From a virus, in UHGV virus genome UHGV-0317022: 22,796 nt of DNA. One strand, given 5' to 3'. The first letter of the stretch is position 1, and each line of letters starts with the position of its first letter. The translations under genes were made by a program, and so were the position numbers. Shown piece after piece: positions 1 to 9,758 of the stretch. The notes beneath the pieces were generated by a model that did not search any database, was not told the DNA's origin, and worked only from the letters and a program-made list of their open reading frames with translations.

Positions 1-1
1 C

Positions 2-2266
2 GCATCGTCCGCCAGTTCGGCGGCGTCATCGGCATCATCTGCGTCTGCTTCAAAAGATGAGGCGACCAGACAAGCGTCCGCAGCGAAGGGCAGCGCCACG
101 ACAGCATCCACGAAGGCGACAGAGGCAGCTGGCAGTGCGACGGCGGCAGCACAGAGCAAAAGTACGGCGGAATCCGCGGCAACGCGCGCCGAGACAGCGG
201 CAAAACGGGCAGAGGATATTGCATCCGCCGTGGCGCTTGAGGATGCAAGTACGACGAAAAAGGGGATAGTACAGCTCAGCAGTGCGACCAACAGTACGTC
301 TGAAACGCTGGCGGCAACGCCAAAGGCAGTAAAATCAGCCTATGACAATGCAGAGAAACGTCTGCAGAAAGACCAGAACGGCGCTGATATACCCGATAAG
401 GGACGCTTCCTGAACAACATTAACGCGGTCAGTAAAACAGACTTTGCTGATAAGCGTGGTATGCGTTATGTGCGGGTTAACGCTCCTGCAGGTGCAACAT
501 CTGGAAAATATTACCCTGTTGTTGTTATGCGTTCTGCTGGCTCAGTAAGCGAACTGGCATCAAGGGTCATTATCACCACGGCAACGCGAACCGCAGGCGA
601 TCCGATGAATAACTGCGAGTTTAACGGATTTGTTATGCCTGGTGGCTGGACTGACAGGGGGCGTTATGCTTATGGAATGTTCTGGCAATATCAAAACAAT
701 GAACGAGCCATCCACTCAATAATGATGAGTAATAAGGGCGATGATTTGCGCTCTGTGTTCTATGTTGATGGCGCTGCTTTCCCTGTTTTTGCGTTTATCG
801 AAGATGGCCTGTCAATATCCGCACCTGGTGCTGATCTCGTTGTTAATGATACGACCTATAAGTTTGGGGCAACAAATCCAGCGACTGAATGTATCGCGGC
901 GGACGTTATCCTTGATTTTAAGAGTGGGCGTGGTTTTTATGAGTCTCATTCGTTAATCGTTAACGATAACTTGTCATGCAAAAAACTTTTTGCCACAGAC
1001 GAAATTGTAGCGCGTGGTGGTAATCAGATTCGAATGATAGGTGGGGAGTATGGTGCATTATGGCGTAATGATGGCGCTAAAACTTACCTGCTGCTTACCA
1101 ATCAAGGTGATGTTTATGGTGGCTGGAATACATTAAGACCGTTTGCTATTGATAACGCAACCGGCGAACTGGTTATTGGAACCAAACTGTCCGCAAGTCT
1201 GAACGGTAATGCATTAACAGCAACAAAGCTGCAAACGCCAAGACTGGTTTCTGGTGTTGAGTTTGATGGTTCCAAAGATATTACTTTAACCGCCGCGCAT
1301 GTGGCTGCTTTTGCCAGAAGGGCAACGGATACATATGCCGATGCGGATGGTGGCGTTCCCTGGAATGCCGAATCAGGCGCTTACAATGTCACCCGCTCTG
1401 GCGACAGCTATATTCTGGTTAACTTCTATACCGGAGTCGGAAGTTGCCGGACCCTGCAGATGAAGGCGCATTACAGAAATGGTGGTCTGTTCTACCGTTC
1501 TTCAAGAGACGGTTATGGTTTTGAGGAAGGCTGGGCAGAAGTTTATACCTCGAAAAATCTTCCACCAGAAAGCTACCCAGTCGGCGCACCAATCCCGTGG
1601 CCATCAGATACCGTTCCGTCTGGTTATGCCCTGATGCAGGGGCAGACTTTTGACAAATCTGCCTACCCGAAACTTGCAGCCGCTTATCCGTCAGGCGTGA
1701 TCCCTGATATGCGTGGCTGGACGATTAAGGGCAAACCCGCCAGTGGTCGTGCCGTATTGTCTCAGGAACAGGACGGCATTAAATCGCACACCCACAGCGC
1801 CAGCGCATCCAGTACGGATTTGGGGACGAAAAACACATCGTCGTTTGATTACGGAACCAAATCCACGAATAACACCGGGGCGCATACCCATAGTATTAGC
1901 GGGACTGCAAATAGTGCCGGTGCGCACCAACACAAGAGTTCCGGTGCATTTGGTGGCACGAACACGAGCATTTTCCCTAATGGTTATACCGCGATTTCAA
2001 ATCTAAGCGCGGGGATTATGAGCACAACAAGCGGTAGTGGCCAGACTCGTAATGCAGGGAAGACATCATCAGATGGTGCTCATACCCACTCGCTGTCCGG
2101 CACTGCTGCAAGCGCAGGCGCACACGCACATACTGTCGGTATTGGTGCTCATACGCACTCCGTTGCGATTGGCTCACATGGACACACCATCACCGTTAAC
2201 GCTGCTGGTAACGCGGAAAACACCGTCAAAAACATCGCATTTAACTATATTGTGAGGCTTGCATAA
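2..2266 (+). CDS. Phage side tail fiber protein (Stf-like), 5' end truncated by window edge
   Basis: The frame of the 230..2266 ORF stays open back to base 2. Translation shows a Ser/Ala-rich N-terminal stretch, the conserved tail-fiber motif [24 protein letters not shown], and a C-terminal run of GAHTHS / HxH repeats typical of tail-fiber tips. The stop overlaps the start of the downstream tail fiber assembly gene. Confidence 0.85.
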   Translation, partial: ASSASSAASSASSASASKDEATRQASAAKGSATTASTKATEAAGSATAAAQSKSTAESAATRAETAAKRAEDIASAVALEDASTTKKGIVQLSSATNSTSETLAATPKAVKSAYDNAEKRLQKDQNGADIPDKGRFLNNINAVSKTDFADKRGMRYVRVNAPAGATSGKYYPVVVMRSAGSVSELASRVIITTATRTAGDPMNNCEFNGFVMPGGWTDRGRYAYGMFWQYQNNERAIHSIMMSNKGDDLRSVFYVDGAAFPVFAFIEDGLSISAPGADLVVNDTTYKFGATNPATECIAADVILDFKSGRGFYESHSLIVNDNLSCKKLFATDEIVARGGNQIRMIGGEYGALWRNDGAKTYLLLTNQGDVYGGWNTLRPFAIDNATGELVIGTKLSASLNGNALTATKLQTPRLVSGVEFDGSKDITLTAAHVAAFARRATDTYADADGGVPWNAESGAYNVTRSGDSYILVNFYTGVGSCRTLQMKAHYRNGGLFYRSSRDGYGFEEGWAEVYTSKNLPPESYPVGAPIPWPSDTVPSGYALMQGQTFDKSAYPKLAAAYPSGVIPDMRGWTIKGKPASGRAVLSQEQDGIKSHTHSASASSTDLGTKNTSSFDYGTKSTNNTGAHTHSISGTANSAGAHQHKSSGAFGGTNTSIFPNGYTAISNLSAGIMSTTSGSGQTRNAGKTSSDGAHTHSLSGTAASAGAHAHTVGIGAHTHSVAIGSHGHTITVNAAGNAENTVKNIAFNYIVRLA

Positions 2267-2850
2267 TGGCATTCAGAATGAGTGAACAAGCACGGACCAT
2301 AAAAATTTATAATCTGCTGGCCGGAACTAATGAATTTATTGGTGAAGGTGACGCATACATTCCGCCTCATACAGGTCTGCCAGCAAACAGTATCGACATT
2401 GCTCCGCCAGATATTCCAGCTGGCTTCGTGGCTGTTTTCAACAGTGATGAGGCATCGTGGCATCTCGTTGAAGACCATCGGGGTAAAACGGTTTATGACG
2501 TAGCGTCAGGGGACGCGTTATTTATTTCTGAACTCGGTCCGTTACCGGAAAATGTTACCTGGTTATCGCCGGAAGGGGAGTTTCAGAAGTGGAACGGCAC
2601 AGCCTGGGTGAAAGATGCAGAAGCAGAAAAACTGTTCCGGATCCGGGAGGCGGAAGAAACAAAAAACAGCCTGATGCAGGTAGCCAGTGAGCATATAGCG
2701 CCGCTTCAGGATGCTGTAGATCTGGAGATCGCAACGGAGGAAGAAACCTTGTTGCTGGAAGCCTGGAAAAAGTATCGGGTGTTGCTGAACCGTGTTGATA
2801 CATCAACTGCACCTGATATTGAGTGGCCAGAAGAACCAGACACCGTGTAA
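2266..2850 (+). CDS. tfa: Tail fiber assembly protein (lambda Tfa / E. coli TfaE-like)
   Basis: 194 aa beginning [39 protein letters not shown], which matches the Tfa family signature as I remember it. The ATG overlaps the tail fiber stop (ATAATGG), the expected stf-tfa arrangement. Confidence 0.85.
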   Translation: MAFRMSEQARTIKIYNLLAGTNEFIGEGDAYIPPHTGLPANSIDIAPPDIPAGFVAVFNSDEASWHLVEDHRGKTVYDVASGDALFISELGPLPENVTWLSPEGEFQKWNGTAWVKDAEAEKLFRIREAEETKNSLMQVASEHIAPLQDAVDLEIATEEETLLLEAWKKYRVLLNRVDTSTAPDIEWPEEPDTV

Positions 2851-2864
2851 GCAAAAAAGAAAAA

Positions 2865-2900
2865 CCGCAGACACGACGTATGCATGACGTGCTGCGGTTT
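2865..2900. terminator. Bidirectional intrinsic terminator between convergent tfa and GIY-YIG genes
   Basis: Imperfect hairpin CCGCAGaCACG...CGTGCTGCGG (2865-2897) followed by TTTATGCTTAT on the plus strand and preceded by an A-run (2853-2864), which is a U-run for the minus-strand transcript. Confidence 0.5.
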
Positions 2901-2919
2901 ATGCTTATCACTTAAAGAC

Positions 2920-3789
<870 letters not shown>

Positions 3790-3867
3790 CTAATCCTTTG
3801 AATTTACATAGTAAAAAAGATACTTTTCCTCATAGTGTGAGCTAATTTTATGTTTCGTTTGATGATC

Positions 3868-3985
3868 GGACCGGTCTCAAAAACCGCAGGCACGTTGTAT
3901 GCAAGAACGTGCTGTGGCTGGCTGGTGAACTTTCGATAGTGCGAGTATTGAATGATTTCCAGCCGTTATCGATTTTACGTATTAA
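3868..3985. repeat. ~115-bp repeat element, copy A (hairpin plus conserved tail)
   Basis: AAACCGCAGgCACGttGTATGCAAGAACGTGCTGtGGcTGGCTGGTGAACTTtCGATAGtGCGAGTATTGAATGATTTcCAGCCGTTATcGATTTTACgTATT closely matches 5641-5760. The hairpin core is also related to the tfa terminator at 2865-2897. Confidence 0.6.
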
Positions 3986-4207
3986 TTAATGAACAAACCA
4001 CTCGTCAGCAGACTCCCAGGTATCTTTCAGAGTCTCCTGAACAAAAGCATTAGCAGAATCCTTATCTGCGGTGTAGGTAACAGGAAAATCATCGCTATGG
4101 TAGCTTTGACGCTCATCTCCATACCATAAAATATCAAGAGATTACGACTCATTTCCCCATGATTCTTCACCAACCAACAGTTCTATCAACATAAGATGTA
4201 AACTCAT
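3986..4207 (-). pseudogene. Small acidic ORF interrupted by an in-frame TAA (possible gene remnant)
   Basis: Minus-strand reading [75 protein letters not shown]-stop. I verified codon by codon that the internal TAA (4142-4144) is in the same frame as the downstream 52 codons. Confidence 0.3.
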
Positions 4208-4321
4208 AAACTAAGCAAGATAAAAAAATTAACAGAATTTTGTTGATTTCATGTCTGTGGAGTGTTAACTTAAAATGAGACCTGAAGTACTGAAGGTCTT
4301 TGACACACTGGAGAAGCAACT

Positions 4322-4681
4322 ATGTTAACGCCGTTTGGTAAGACAGTAAGAAAAATGCGCATAGACTTGGGGCTTACGCTTAAAAGCATGGCTGAGGCTA
4401 TGGGCATGACCTCGTCTTATCTTTCAGCGATCGAAACTGGTAAAAGGGCGGTCACTAAGCCCGTGCTTGATAGCATCATTAGCTATTTTAATGCGGATGA
4501 AAAACAAAAAGAAAAGCTTATCAGTGCAGCTCGTGACTCTCAGCAGTCAGTAGAGATCAGCTTGTCAGGTAAGAATGGCCACGCTCGTGAAGTCGCAATT
4601 GCGTTCGCTCGTAGTTTTGATGAGTTAAATGAAGAAGACTTCCGTAATTTACGACAGATTTTGAATCGAAAACAGCAGTAG
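4322..4681 (+). CDS. XRE-family helix-turn-helix transcriptional regulator
   Basis: 119 aa with the HTH signature LGLTLKSMAEAMGMTSSYLSAIETGKR. GGAGAAG lies upstream of the ATG, and the stop is 8 nt before the next gene. Confidence 0.8.
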   Translation: MLTPFGKTVRKMRIDLGLTLKSMAEAMGMTSSYLSAIETGKRAVTKPVLDSIISYFNADEKQKEKLISAARDSQQSVEISLSGKNGHAREVAIAFARSFDELNEEDFRNLRQILNRKQQ

Positions 4682-4689
4682 GAGGCGGC

Positions 4690-5211
4690 TTGAGCGGACA
4701 AGATTATCGTGTACCTCCGCAGAATCGTGAATCAATACGTTCTATCGTCAGATCTCTGCGGAGCGCATTTGGTATTACTGGGCTTAAATTCCCTGTAATG
4801 GAGGTAATTGAGTTCGCATTGCCTCAGTTGATCCCGGATTTTGAGTTCCACATTGGTGGTATGAAAGAAATGGGAGAGACGCATGGTCTTACATACCCAC
4901 AGGAACATTTATTGATTCTGCGCGAAGACATTTACGAAGGCGCTTTGAATGGGGTAGGGCGAGATAGGATGACTGCCGCGCATGAACTGGGTCATCTTCT
5001 TATGCACAGGAACATCGCATTTGCTCGTTCTGCCCCAGGGGTAAAAATCCGCCCTTTTGAGAGTAGTGAATGGCAAGCTAAATGTTTTAGTGGTGAGTTA
5101 TTAGTGCCAGCTATGCATGCCAGTATTTTAAAAGGTATGACGGCTGAGGATGTTGCTGAGGCATGCGGAGTTTCATTAGTGGCAGCGCGTTATCAGCTAG
5201 ACAAAATGTAA
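4690..5211 (+). CDS. ImmA/IrrE-family zinc metallopeptidase (HEXXH)
   Basis: 173 aa containing the AAHELGHLLMH (HExxH) motif. It is tightly coupled to the upstream HTH gene (AGGAGG, then a TTG start at 4690), the classic ImmR/ImmA-type pair. Confidence 0.8.
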   Translation: MSGQDYRVPPQNRESIRSIVRSLRSAFGITGLKFPVMEVIEFALPQLIPDFEFHIGGMKEMGETHGLTYPQEHLLILREDIYEGALNGVGRDRMTAAHELGHLLMHRNIAFARSAPGVKIRPFESSEWQAKCFSGELLVPAMHASILKGMTAEDVAEACGVSLVAARYQLDKM

Positions 5212-5364
5212 AAACCCCTTGCTTGGCGCCAACCAGTGCAAGGGGCTTTAGGTGATGAATCCAAGAGGCATCACCACCGTGAACAGCTTCGATAGACAGC
5301 CTGAAATTAACACCTTCAGGGAAGATGTTCAAGGGAAAAATCTCTCTTGGTAAGGAGGTGTTTT

Positions 5365-5469
5365 ATGAATGGGTTTGAAATCAATTGCTTCAAAAGCGGC
5401 GCCCAAAGGGTTCCGTTGGGTTTTCTGCCGTTACCGCAAGGTGCGTGGGAAATCAAAAAAAGTCCTTGA
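5365..5469 (+). CDS. Small ORF (34 aa) with a strong Shine-Dalgarno, function unknown
   Basis: AAGGAGG at 5352-5358, 6 nt before ATG 5365. Translation MNGFEINCFKSGAQRVPLGFLPLPQGAWEIKKSP; a strong terminator lies about 60 nt downstream. Too short to assign. Confidence 0.25.
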   Translation: MNGFEINCFKSGAQRVPLGFLPLPQGAWEIKKSP

Positions 5470-5530
5470 TGCTCATGATTACGGGTACGAGGCGTGGGCA
5501 TTTTTAGTGCGCTGCTAAGGGGTAGTATTT

Positions 5531-5556
5531 AAGGCACCTGCGGGTGCCTTTTTTGT
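5531..5556 (+). terminator. Rho-independent terminator
   Basis: AAGGCACC-tgcg-GGTGCCTT stem-loop immediately followed by TTTTTTG. Confidence 0.6.
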
Positions 5557-5640
5557 ATCCTCACCACCCGATTGGTGTTTTGCTGAGCCTGATAACTACC
5601 AATTTTTGTTATTACTATTCTACTATCGCTCAATCATGAT

Positions 5641-5760
5641 TGGCGGGAGTTGAAACCGCAGCCACGTCGTATGCAAGAACGTGCTGCGGTTGGCTGGTGA
5701 ACTTCCGATAGGGCGAGTATTGAATGATTTACAGCCGTTATTGATTTTACATATTTTTTG
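5641..5760. repeat. ~115-bp repeat element, copy B
   Basis: AAACCGCAGCCACGTCGTATGCAAGAACGTGCTGCGGTTGGCTGGTGAACTTCCGATAGGGCGAGTATTGAATGATTTACAGCCGTTATTGATTTTACATATT; direct repeat of 3868-3985 with a few substitutions. Confidence 0.6.
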
Positions 5761-5905
5761 TATGAAAGGATTAGCGCCTCCTCCCACCGATCCTCCATGG
5801 CTTTACGCCAGTGTCTCTAGGACTGCTATGTGCCAATAGGAGACGCTAGTGACATTATGCTATGTTAACGTATTGCACTAATCCATATTTCGATGGTCAA
5901 GATAT

Positions 5906-6376
5906 ATGAAAGTCAGTCAACTCAAAATCATATCTCACAATGATATATTACCTGCTCTTTTAGGAAGAGTGTTCCATGTTACGCCTGAAAATAATATGTC
6001 TCTCATAAAACAGTCCGGCGCTTTGATCCCAAACTCGGAATTATTGCAGATGTCAAGATTTGGAAACTCATCAAATGGTTTTTTCAGACGGCGTAACTGT
6101 GTTTCCTTTTTTGACTACAGATGTTATGGGACTAAGCATTGGGAAGAACATGCCTATAAATGTTTTCCAACTCAGTTTATAAAACATGTGCCTAATGATA
6201 GAATTTCAATACTATTTCTTCATGAAAGCAAATTCGATAAATTGATCCCCTGGACTGCATGGAAAGCAGAAGAGGCATGGAGTGATAGGGTGGTCCCATA
6301 CGTTGAAACTGGATATAAAGGCATAGTCTCCTTAAGTGAGATTACTGAAGAGTTAATTGTTGGGTTTGACTGCTAG
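5906..6376 (+). CDS. Hypothetical protein (156 aa), AT-rich gene
   Basis: Uninterrupted ORF in a visibly AT-rich stretch. No family recognised with confidence; the N-terminal RVFHVTPENNMSLIKQSGAL is only faintly reminiscent of ART/DarT-like N-termini. Confidence 0.5.
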   Translation: MKVSQLKIISHNDILPALLGRVFHVTPENNMSLIKQSGALIPNSELLQMSRFGNSSNGFFRRRNCVSFFDYRCYGTKHWEEHAYKCFPTQFIKHVPNDRISILFLHESKFDKLIPWTAWKAEEAWSDRVVPYVETGYKGIVSLSEITEELIVGFDC

Positions 6377-6480
6377 CAAAGTCAAAAAATCGCTAACGAA
6401 TGCAGAAGGTACCTACTTATGGACCGGTCTTTTATGGTCTGCTTGCCGCTATCTTTAGGCTCATTAAGTGAGACTTTTCG

Positions 6481-7899
6481 ATGACTCCCATTCCGTCTTG
6501 TGTATTCGATGTATATGCCTTATCGCTTCCCCGAGGTCTGGGATTTGGGGATGATCCTCCAGTTAGCGCTTGGGGTAGTCATGATCATGTCACAGTCTGT
6601 GCACTGACACGTAATTGTCACAGCGGAAAGCATGGCATTCTTATAATGCGGCGTCGTGAGGACGATGTATGGGCAGTGCTACGCTGGGAGTCAGATTCAT
6701 ATAGTGAAGAAGAGGCTTTCACAATTATACGTGAGGCATGCGATGAATCTGCGAGTCGCGTCCCTTTGCCTCCGGGTACACGCAGGCGCGCACCGCTTTG
6801 GGATGTTGAAGGTAGACAACCAAGTAACATATTCAAACTACTTGGACATCCTTGTAGAGCACCTGGCGCATGGATGCTTAATCAATTGTATCTTGCAATG
6901 CCAAATCCGGATACTCACTGGGCAAGAGAGTGCCAGACTGATAACTTTCATACACGTATTTGGGAAGCCATGCTCCTGGCCAGTTTCCGTGAGCAGGGGT
7001 TGTTAGTCACTCAGGAGTACCCCTCTCCTGATTTTCACGTAATAAACAGGTCAGGTGGAGAAGCCTGGATTGAAGCTGTGACAGTTAATCCATCGGACCG
7101 TTACGACCATGCCAGGGCTGAACCTCTGACGTTTCCTTTAAACCGACAAGACAGGGTATCGGGAATTGCGGCTGAACGTTATGCGCGGACCCTAAGGAAT
7201 AAACTGCGCAAGAATTACACTAGTCTCACTCATGTCGAAGGAAAGCCGTTTGCCATTGCTATCGCGGACTTTCACGCTCCCGGTTCAATGATGTGGAGCC
7301 GTGAGGCTCTAATTACCTATCTCTATGGATTTTATGGAAGAGAAAAAGAAATAGATGGGAAGGTTGTGGCTGTAGCAGAAACTGTCGACTGCCTCAAAAG
7401 CGACCCCAAAATCCGTGCTGGTTTGTTTAATTCACACGATAACATTGCTCTCTCGGCGGTTATTTTTTCTAATTCTGCGACTTTATCCAAGCTGAGCAGA
7501 GTACCTGTTTCTTCCGGCGCCTTGATCAAAGGCTACCGGTACATAAGGATTGGTGAGTTCGCTAATGACTCGGCGGGAGCCTTACGTGGCATCCCCTTCA
7601 GTATGGATGTAGCCAGTGACCAATATCGTCGTCTTTGGGAACCCTATAGTTATGAGCCATGGACTTCAGAAATTGAAATTTTTCATAACCCAAACGCGGA
7701 AAACCCTATAAATTCTACGCTATTTCCAGAGGCCACGCATTGGCTTCCAGTTAACGGTGAGATAATTTGCAAACGCTTTTTCAAGCAAAGCATTTTAAAA
7801 AGCCAAACCATTATTCAACACGCAGATGATCCAGTTCCTAATGCAAATAGCCTCACGTTTCAGGAAACTTATGAGGCAGACGATAAATTATTTGACTGA
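6481..7899 (+). CDS. Hypothetical protein (472 aa), function unknown
   Basis: Long ORF with an ATG start, on the same strand as and downstream of the XRE/ImmA pair and the 156-aa ORF. No recognisable catalytic motif by eye. The start codon is uncertain (internal Met candidates exist). Confidence 0.6.
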   Translation: MTPIPSCVFDVYALSLPRGLGFGDDPPVSAWGSHDHVTVCALTRNCHSGKHGILIMRRREDDVWAVLRWESDSYSEEEAFTIIREACDESASRVPLPPGTRRRAPLWDVEGRQPSNIFKLLGHPCRAPGAWMLNQLYLAMPNPDTHWARECQTDNFHTRIWEAMLLASFREQGLLVTQEYPSPDFHVINRSGGEAWIEAVTVNPSDRYDHARAEPLTFPLNRQDRVSGIAAERYARTLRNKLRKNYTSLTHVEGKPFAIAIADFHAPGSMMWSREALITYLYGFYGREKEIDGKVVAVAETVDCLKSDPKIRAGLFNSHDNIALSAVIFSNSATLSKLSRVPVSSGALIKGYRYIRIGEFANDSAGALRGIPFSMDVASDQYRRLWEPYSYEPWTSEIEIFHNPNAENPINSTLFPEATHWLPVNGEIICKRFFKQSILKSQTIIQHADDPVPNANSLTFQETYEADDKLFD

Positions 7900-8203
7900 C
7901 CTGCTTGATTCGCACAGAACGCTGTTAGCAATGTCCGCTCCTCGCTCATAACAGACATTAACTACAGTTATGGTAGAAGGTATGCATGCTGGGTGGGGAA
8001 AGTATGAAGGAAAAGAAGACTGCTGCGCCGTTTGTCGTCACATTTATCTTCATTGGCTATGCAAGTCATAATACAAGGTGGGACAAAACTGAGACACATA
8101 AGGCCTCACAATGGCTTGCAAGGCTTTACATGTTTTGATGTGGTGGGACGTGTGAGCGCAGTGTTGATGGGGTAATACTTTGAATTAGAAGCGGATTCTT
8201 ATA

Positions 8204-8249
8204 ATTCGTAATGCGAAGGTCGTAGGTTCGACTCCTATTATCGGCACCA
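8204..8249 (+). other. Partial tRNA-Thr(CGU) 3' fragment (anticodon loop to CCA), att core of an integrative element; not a complete tRNA
   Basis: ATTCGTAATGCGAAGGTCGTAGGTTCGACTCCTATTATCGGCACCA matches the 3' 46 nt of E. coli thrW-type tRNA as I remember it. The upstream sequence cannot form the acceptor or anticodon 5' strands. Confidence 0.7.
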
Positions 8250-8340
8250 TTCTAACGTCTCCCCAAGTCTACTCAAGTATTTAAAAACCTCTTATAATCC
8301 GCATGTTAGCGCCCCTTTTAGTCTTTTGACGTCTACTTAA

Positions 8341-8413
8341 GTACCCCAAAATCTACAGTCAATTGGGGGTACTTTTAGGGGTATTTGCTGTTCGGTTTAG
8401 TGGAGGTACCCCC
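8341..8413. promoter_or_regulatory. Putative integrase arm-type binding sites / int promoter region
   Basis: GGGGGTAC-type motifs in both orientations: GTACCCCAAAAT (8341-8352), GGGGGTACTTTTAGGGGTAT (8365-8384), GGTACCCCC (8405-8413). A near-identical copy of the 20-mer lies at 22528-22547. Confidence 0.5.
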
Positions 8414-8415
8414 AA

Positions 8416-9630
8416 GTGAAACTCAATGCCCGTCAAATAGACACTGCCAAGCCAAAAGAGAAGGCTTACAAGCTGGCTGATGGTGGTGGTCTGTATCTCC
8501 TGGTAAAACCTAGTGGAGGAAAATACTGGCGCTTTAAATATCGTGTAGCTGGTAAAGAGAAGCTGTTAGCACTAGGTGTGTATCCTGAAGTTACCTTGGC
8601 TGATGCTCGTGCAAAACGTGAAGAAGCTAAAAGGGGTATCGCTGGGGGTATCGATCCGATGGAAGCGAAACGAGAGGAAAAGATTGCCCGGGAAACGCAG
8701 TTAAACAATACCTTCAAAGATATTGCCCTTGAGTGGCACAGCAGCAAATTAAAAAAATGGTCTGCTGGTTATGCTTCAGATATCCTCGAAGCCTTCAACA
8801 AAGATGTGTTCCCTTACATTGGCAAAAAACCAATCGCCGAAATCAAACCACTTGAACTTCTGAATGTGCTGCGACGCATCGAGGGGCGCGGTGCTACAGA
8901 AAAAGCCAAAAAAGTGAGGCAGCGGTGCGGGGAAGTTTTCCGCTATGCAATAGTCACTGGTCGCGCAGAGTATAACCCTGCCCCAGATCTTACTAGCGCG
9001 ATGCAAGGCCATGAATCTAATCATTATCCTTTCCTCACAGCCAAAGAATTGCCTGATTTTTTCAAGGCATTGTCCAGTTACTCAGGAAGTGCATTGGTTG
9101 TTATGGCGGCTCGTCTACTGATTATCACTGGTTTGCGAACTGGCGAACTGCGCGGTGCATTATGGGATGAAATCGATCTCAACAAGGCTATCTGGGAGAT
9201 ACCTGCTTCACGGATGAAAATGCGTCGCCCTCATGTGGTGCCTTTGTCTAAGCAGGCTCTTTCTCTTATTGGGCAGATTAAAGAATTAACTGGTAATTAT
9301 CCGCTTATGTTTCCCGGCCGTAATGATCCAAGGAAAACAATGAGCGAGGCTAGCATAAACCAAGTATTTAAACGCATCGGCTATAACGGAAAGGTTACTG
9401 GTCATGGATTCCGGCACACCATGAGCACGATTTTACATGAGCAGGGCTATAACACCGCGTGGATAGAAACGCAGCTTGCACACGTTGATAAGAACTCAAT
9501 TCGTGGCACGTACAATCATGCGCAATATCTGGACGGGCGGCGCGAGATGCTCCAGTGGTACGCCGACTATATGGATTCGCTCGAACATGGCGGTAACGTG
9601 GTGCATGGCAAGTTCGGAAAATGTGGATGA
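8416..9630 (+). CDS. int: P4-type tyrosine integrase
   Basis: 404 aa with the N-terminus MKLNARQIDTAKPKEKAYKLADGGGLYLLVKPSGGKYWRFKY typical of P4-family integrases. GTG start with GGAGG 9 nt upstream; sits immediately downstream of the tRNA-derived att core. Confidence 0.9.
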   Translation: MKLNARQIDTAKPKEKAYKLADGGGLYLLVKPSGGKYWRFKYRVAGKEKLLALGVYPEVTLADARAKREEAKRGIAGGIDPMEAKREEKIARETQLNNTFKDIALEWHSSKLKKWSAGYASDILEAFNKDVFPYIGKKPIAEIKPLELLNVLRRIEGRGATEKAKKVRQRCGEVFRYAIVTGRAEYNPAPDLTSAMQGHESNHYPFLTAKELPDFFKALSSYSGSALVVMAARLLIITGLRTGELRGALWDEIDLNKAIWEIPASRMKMRRPHVVPLSKQALSLIGQIKELTGNYPLMFPGRNDPRKTMSEASINQVFKRIGYNGKVTGHGFRHTMSTILHEQGYNTAWIETQLAHVDKNSIRGTYNHAQYLDGRREMLQWYADYMDSLEHGGNVVHGKFGKCG

Positions 9631-9758
9631 CTGGTTGCGTATACAGTAGTAGACTTTGAGCGACGAAAGAAAAGGCTGTGTCTAGGGTCGCTCCCGAAAA
9701 TCCGTACACCTCGACGGACTGGTACAGCCACTACAGTAGAGGACGCTGAGGTGTGCGT

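Noticed and set aside
57-269. Arg-rich 70-aa ORF at the start of the window
   Set aside because: It lies in an alternative frame inside the tail fiber coding region; the tail fiber frame is open from base 2 and shows conserved tail-fiber motifs, so this is a shadow ORF of GC-rich repetitive codons.
741-2911. Multiple short ORFs on both strands overlapping the tail fiber and tfa genes (741..956, 1419..1604, 1691..1933, 1713..2006, 2037..2255, 2245..2478, 2555..2911)
   Set aside because: All are nested in or antisense to the two long, motif-supported genes and have no independent signals.
5111-5501. Minus-strand ORFs 5111..5332 and 5316..5501
   Set aside because: They overlap the 3' end of the ImmA-like gene and the intergenic terminator region, and no ribosome-binding site or family-like sequence is evident; the plus-strand small ORF with a strong SD is the more plausible of the weak candidates here.
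6618-7006. ORFs 6656..7006 (+) and 6618..6836 (-) inside the 472-aa gene
   Set aside because: Alternative-frame and antisense ORFs fully contained in a much longer open frame; treated as shadows.
8204-8249. Possible complete tRNA-Thr gene
   Set aside because: Only the 3' 46 nt match. The upstream sequence cannot pair with the acceptor 3' strand (TATCGGC) or the anticodon stem, so this is an att-site fragment and not a functional tRNA.
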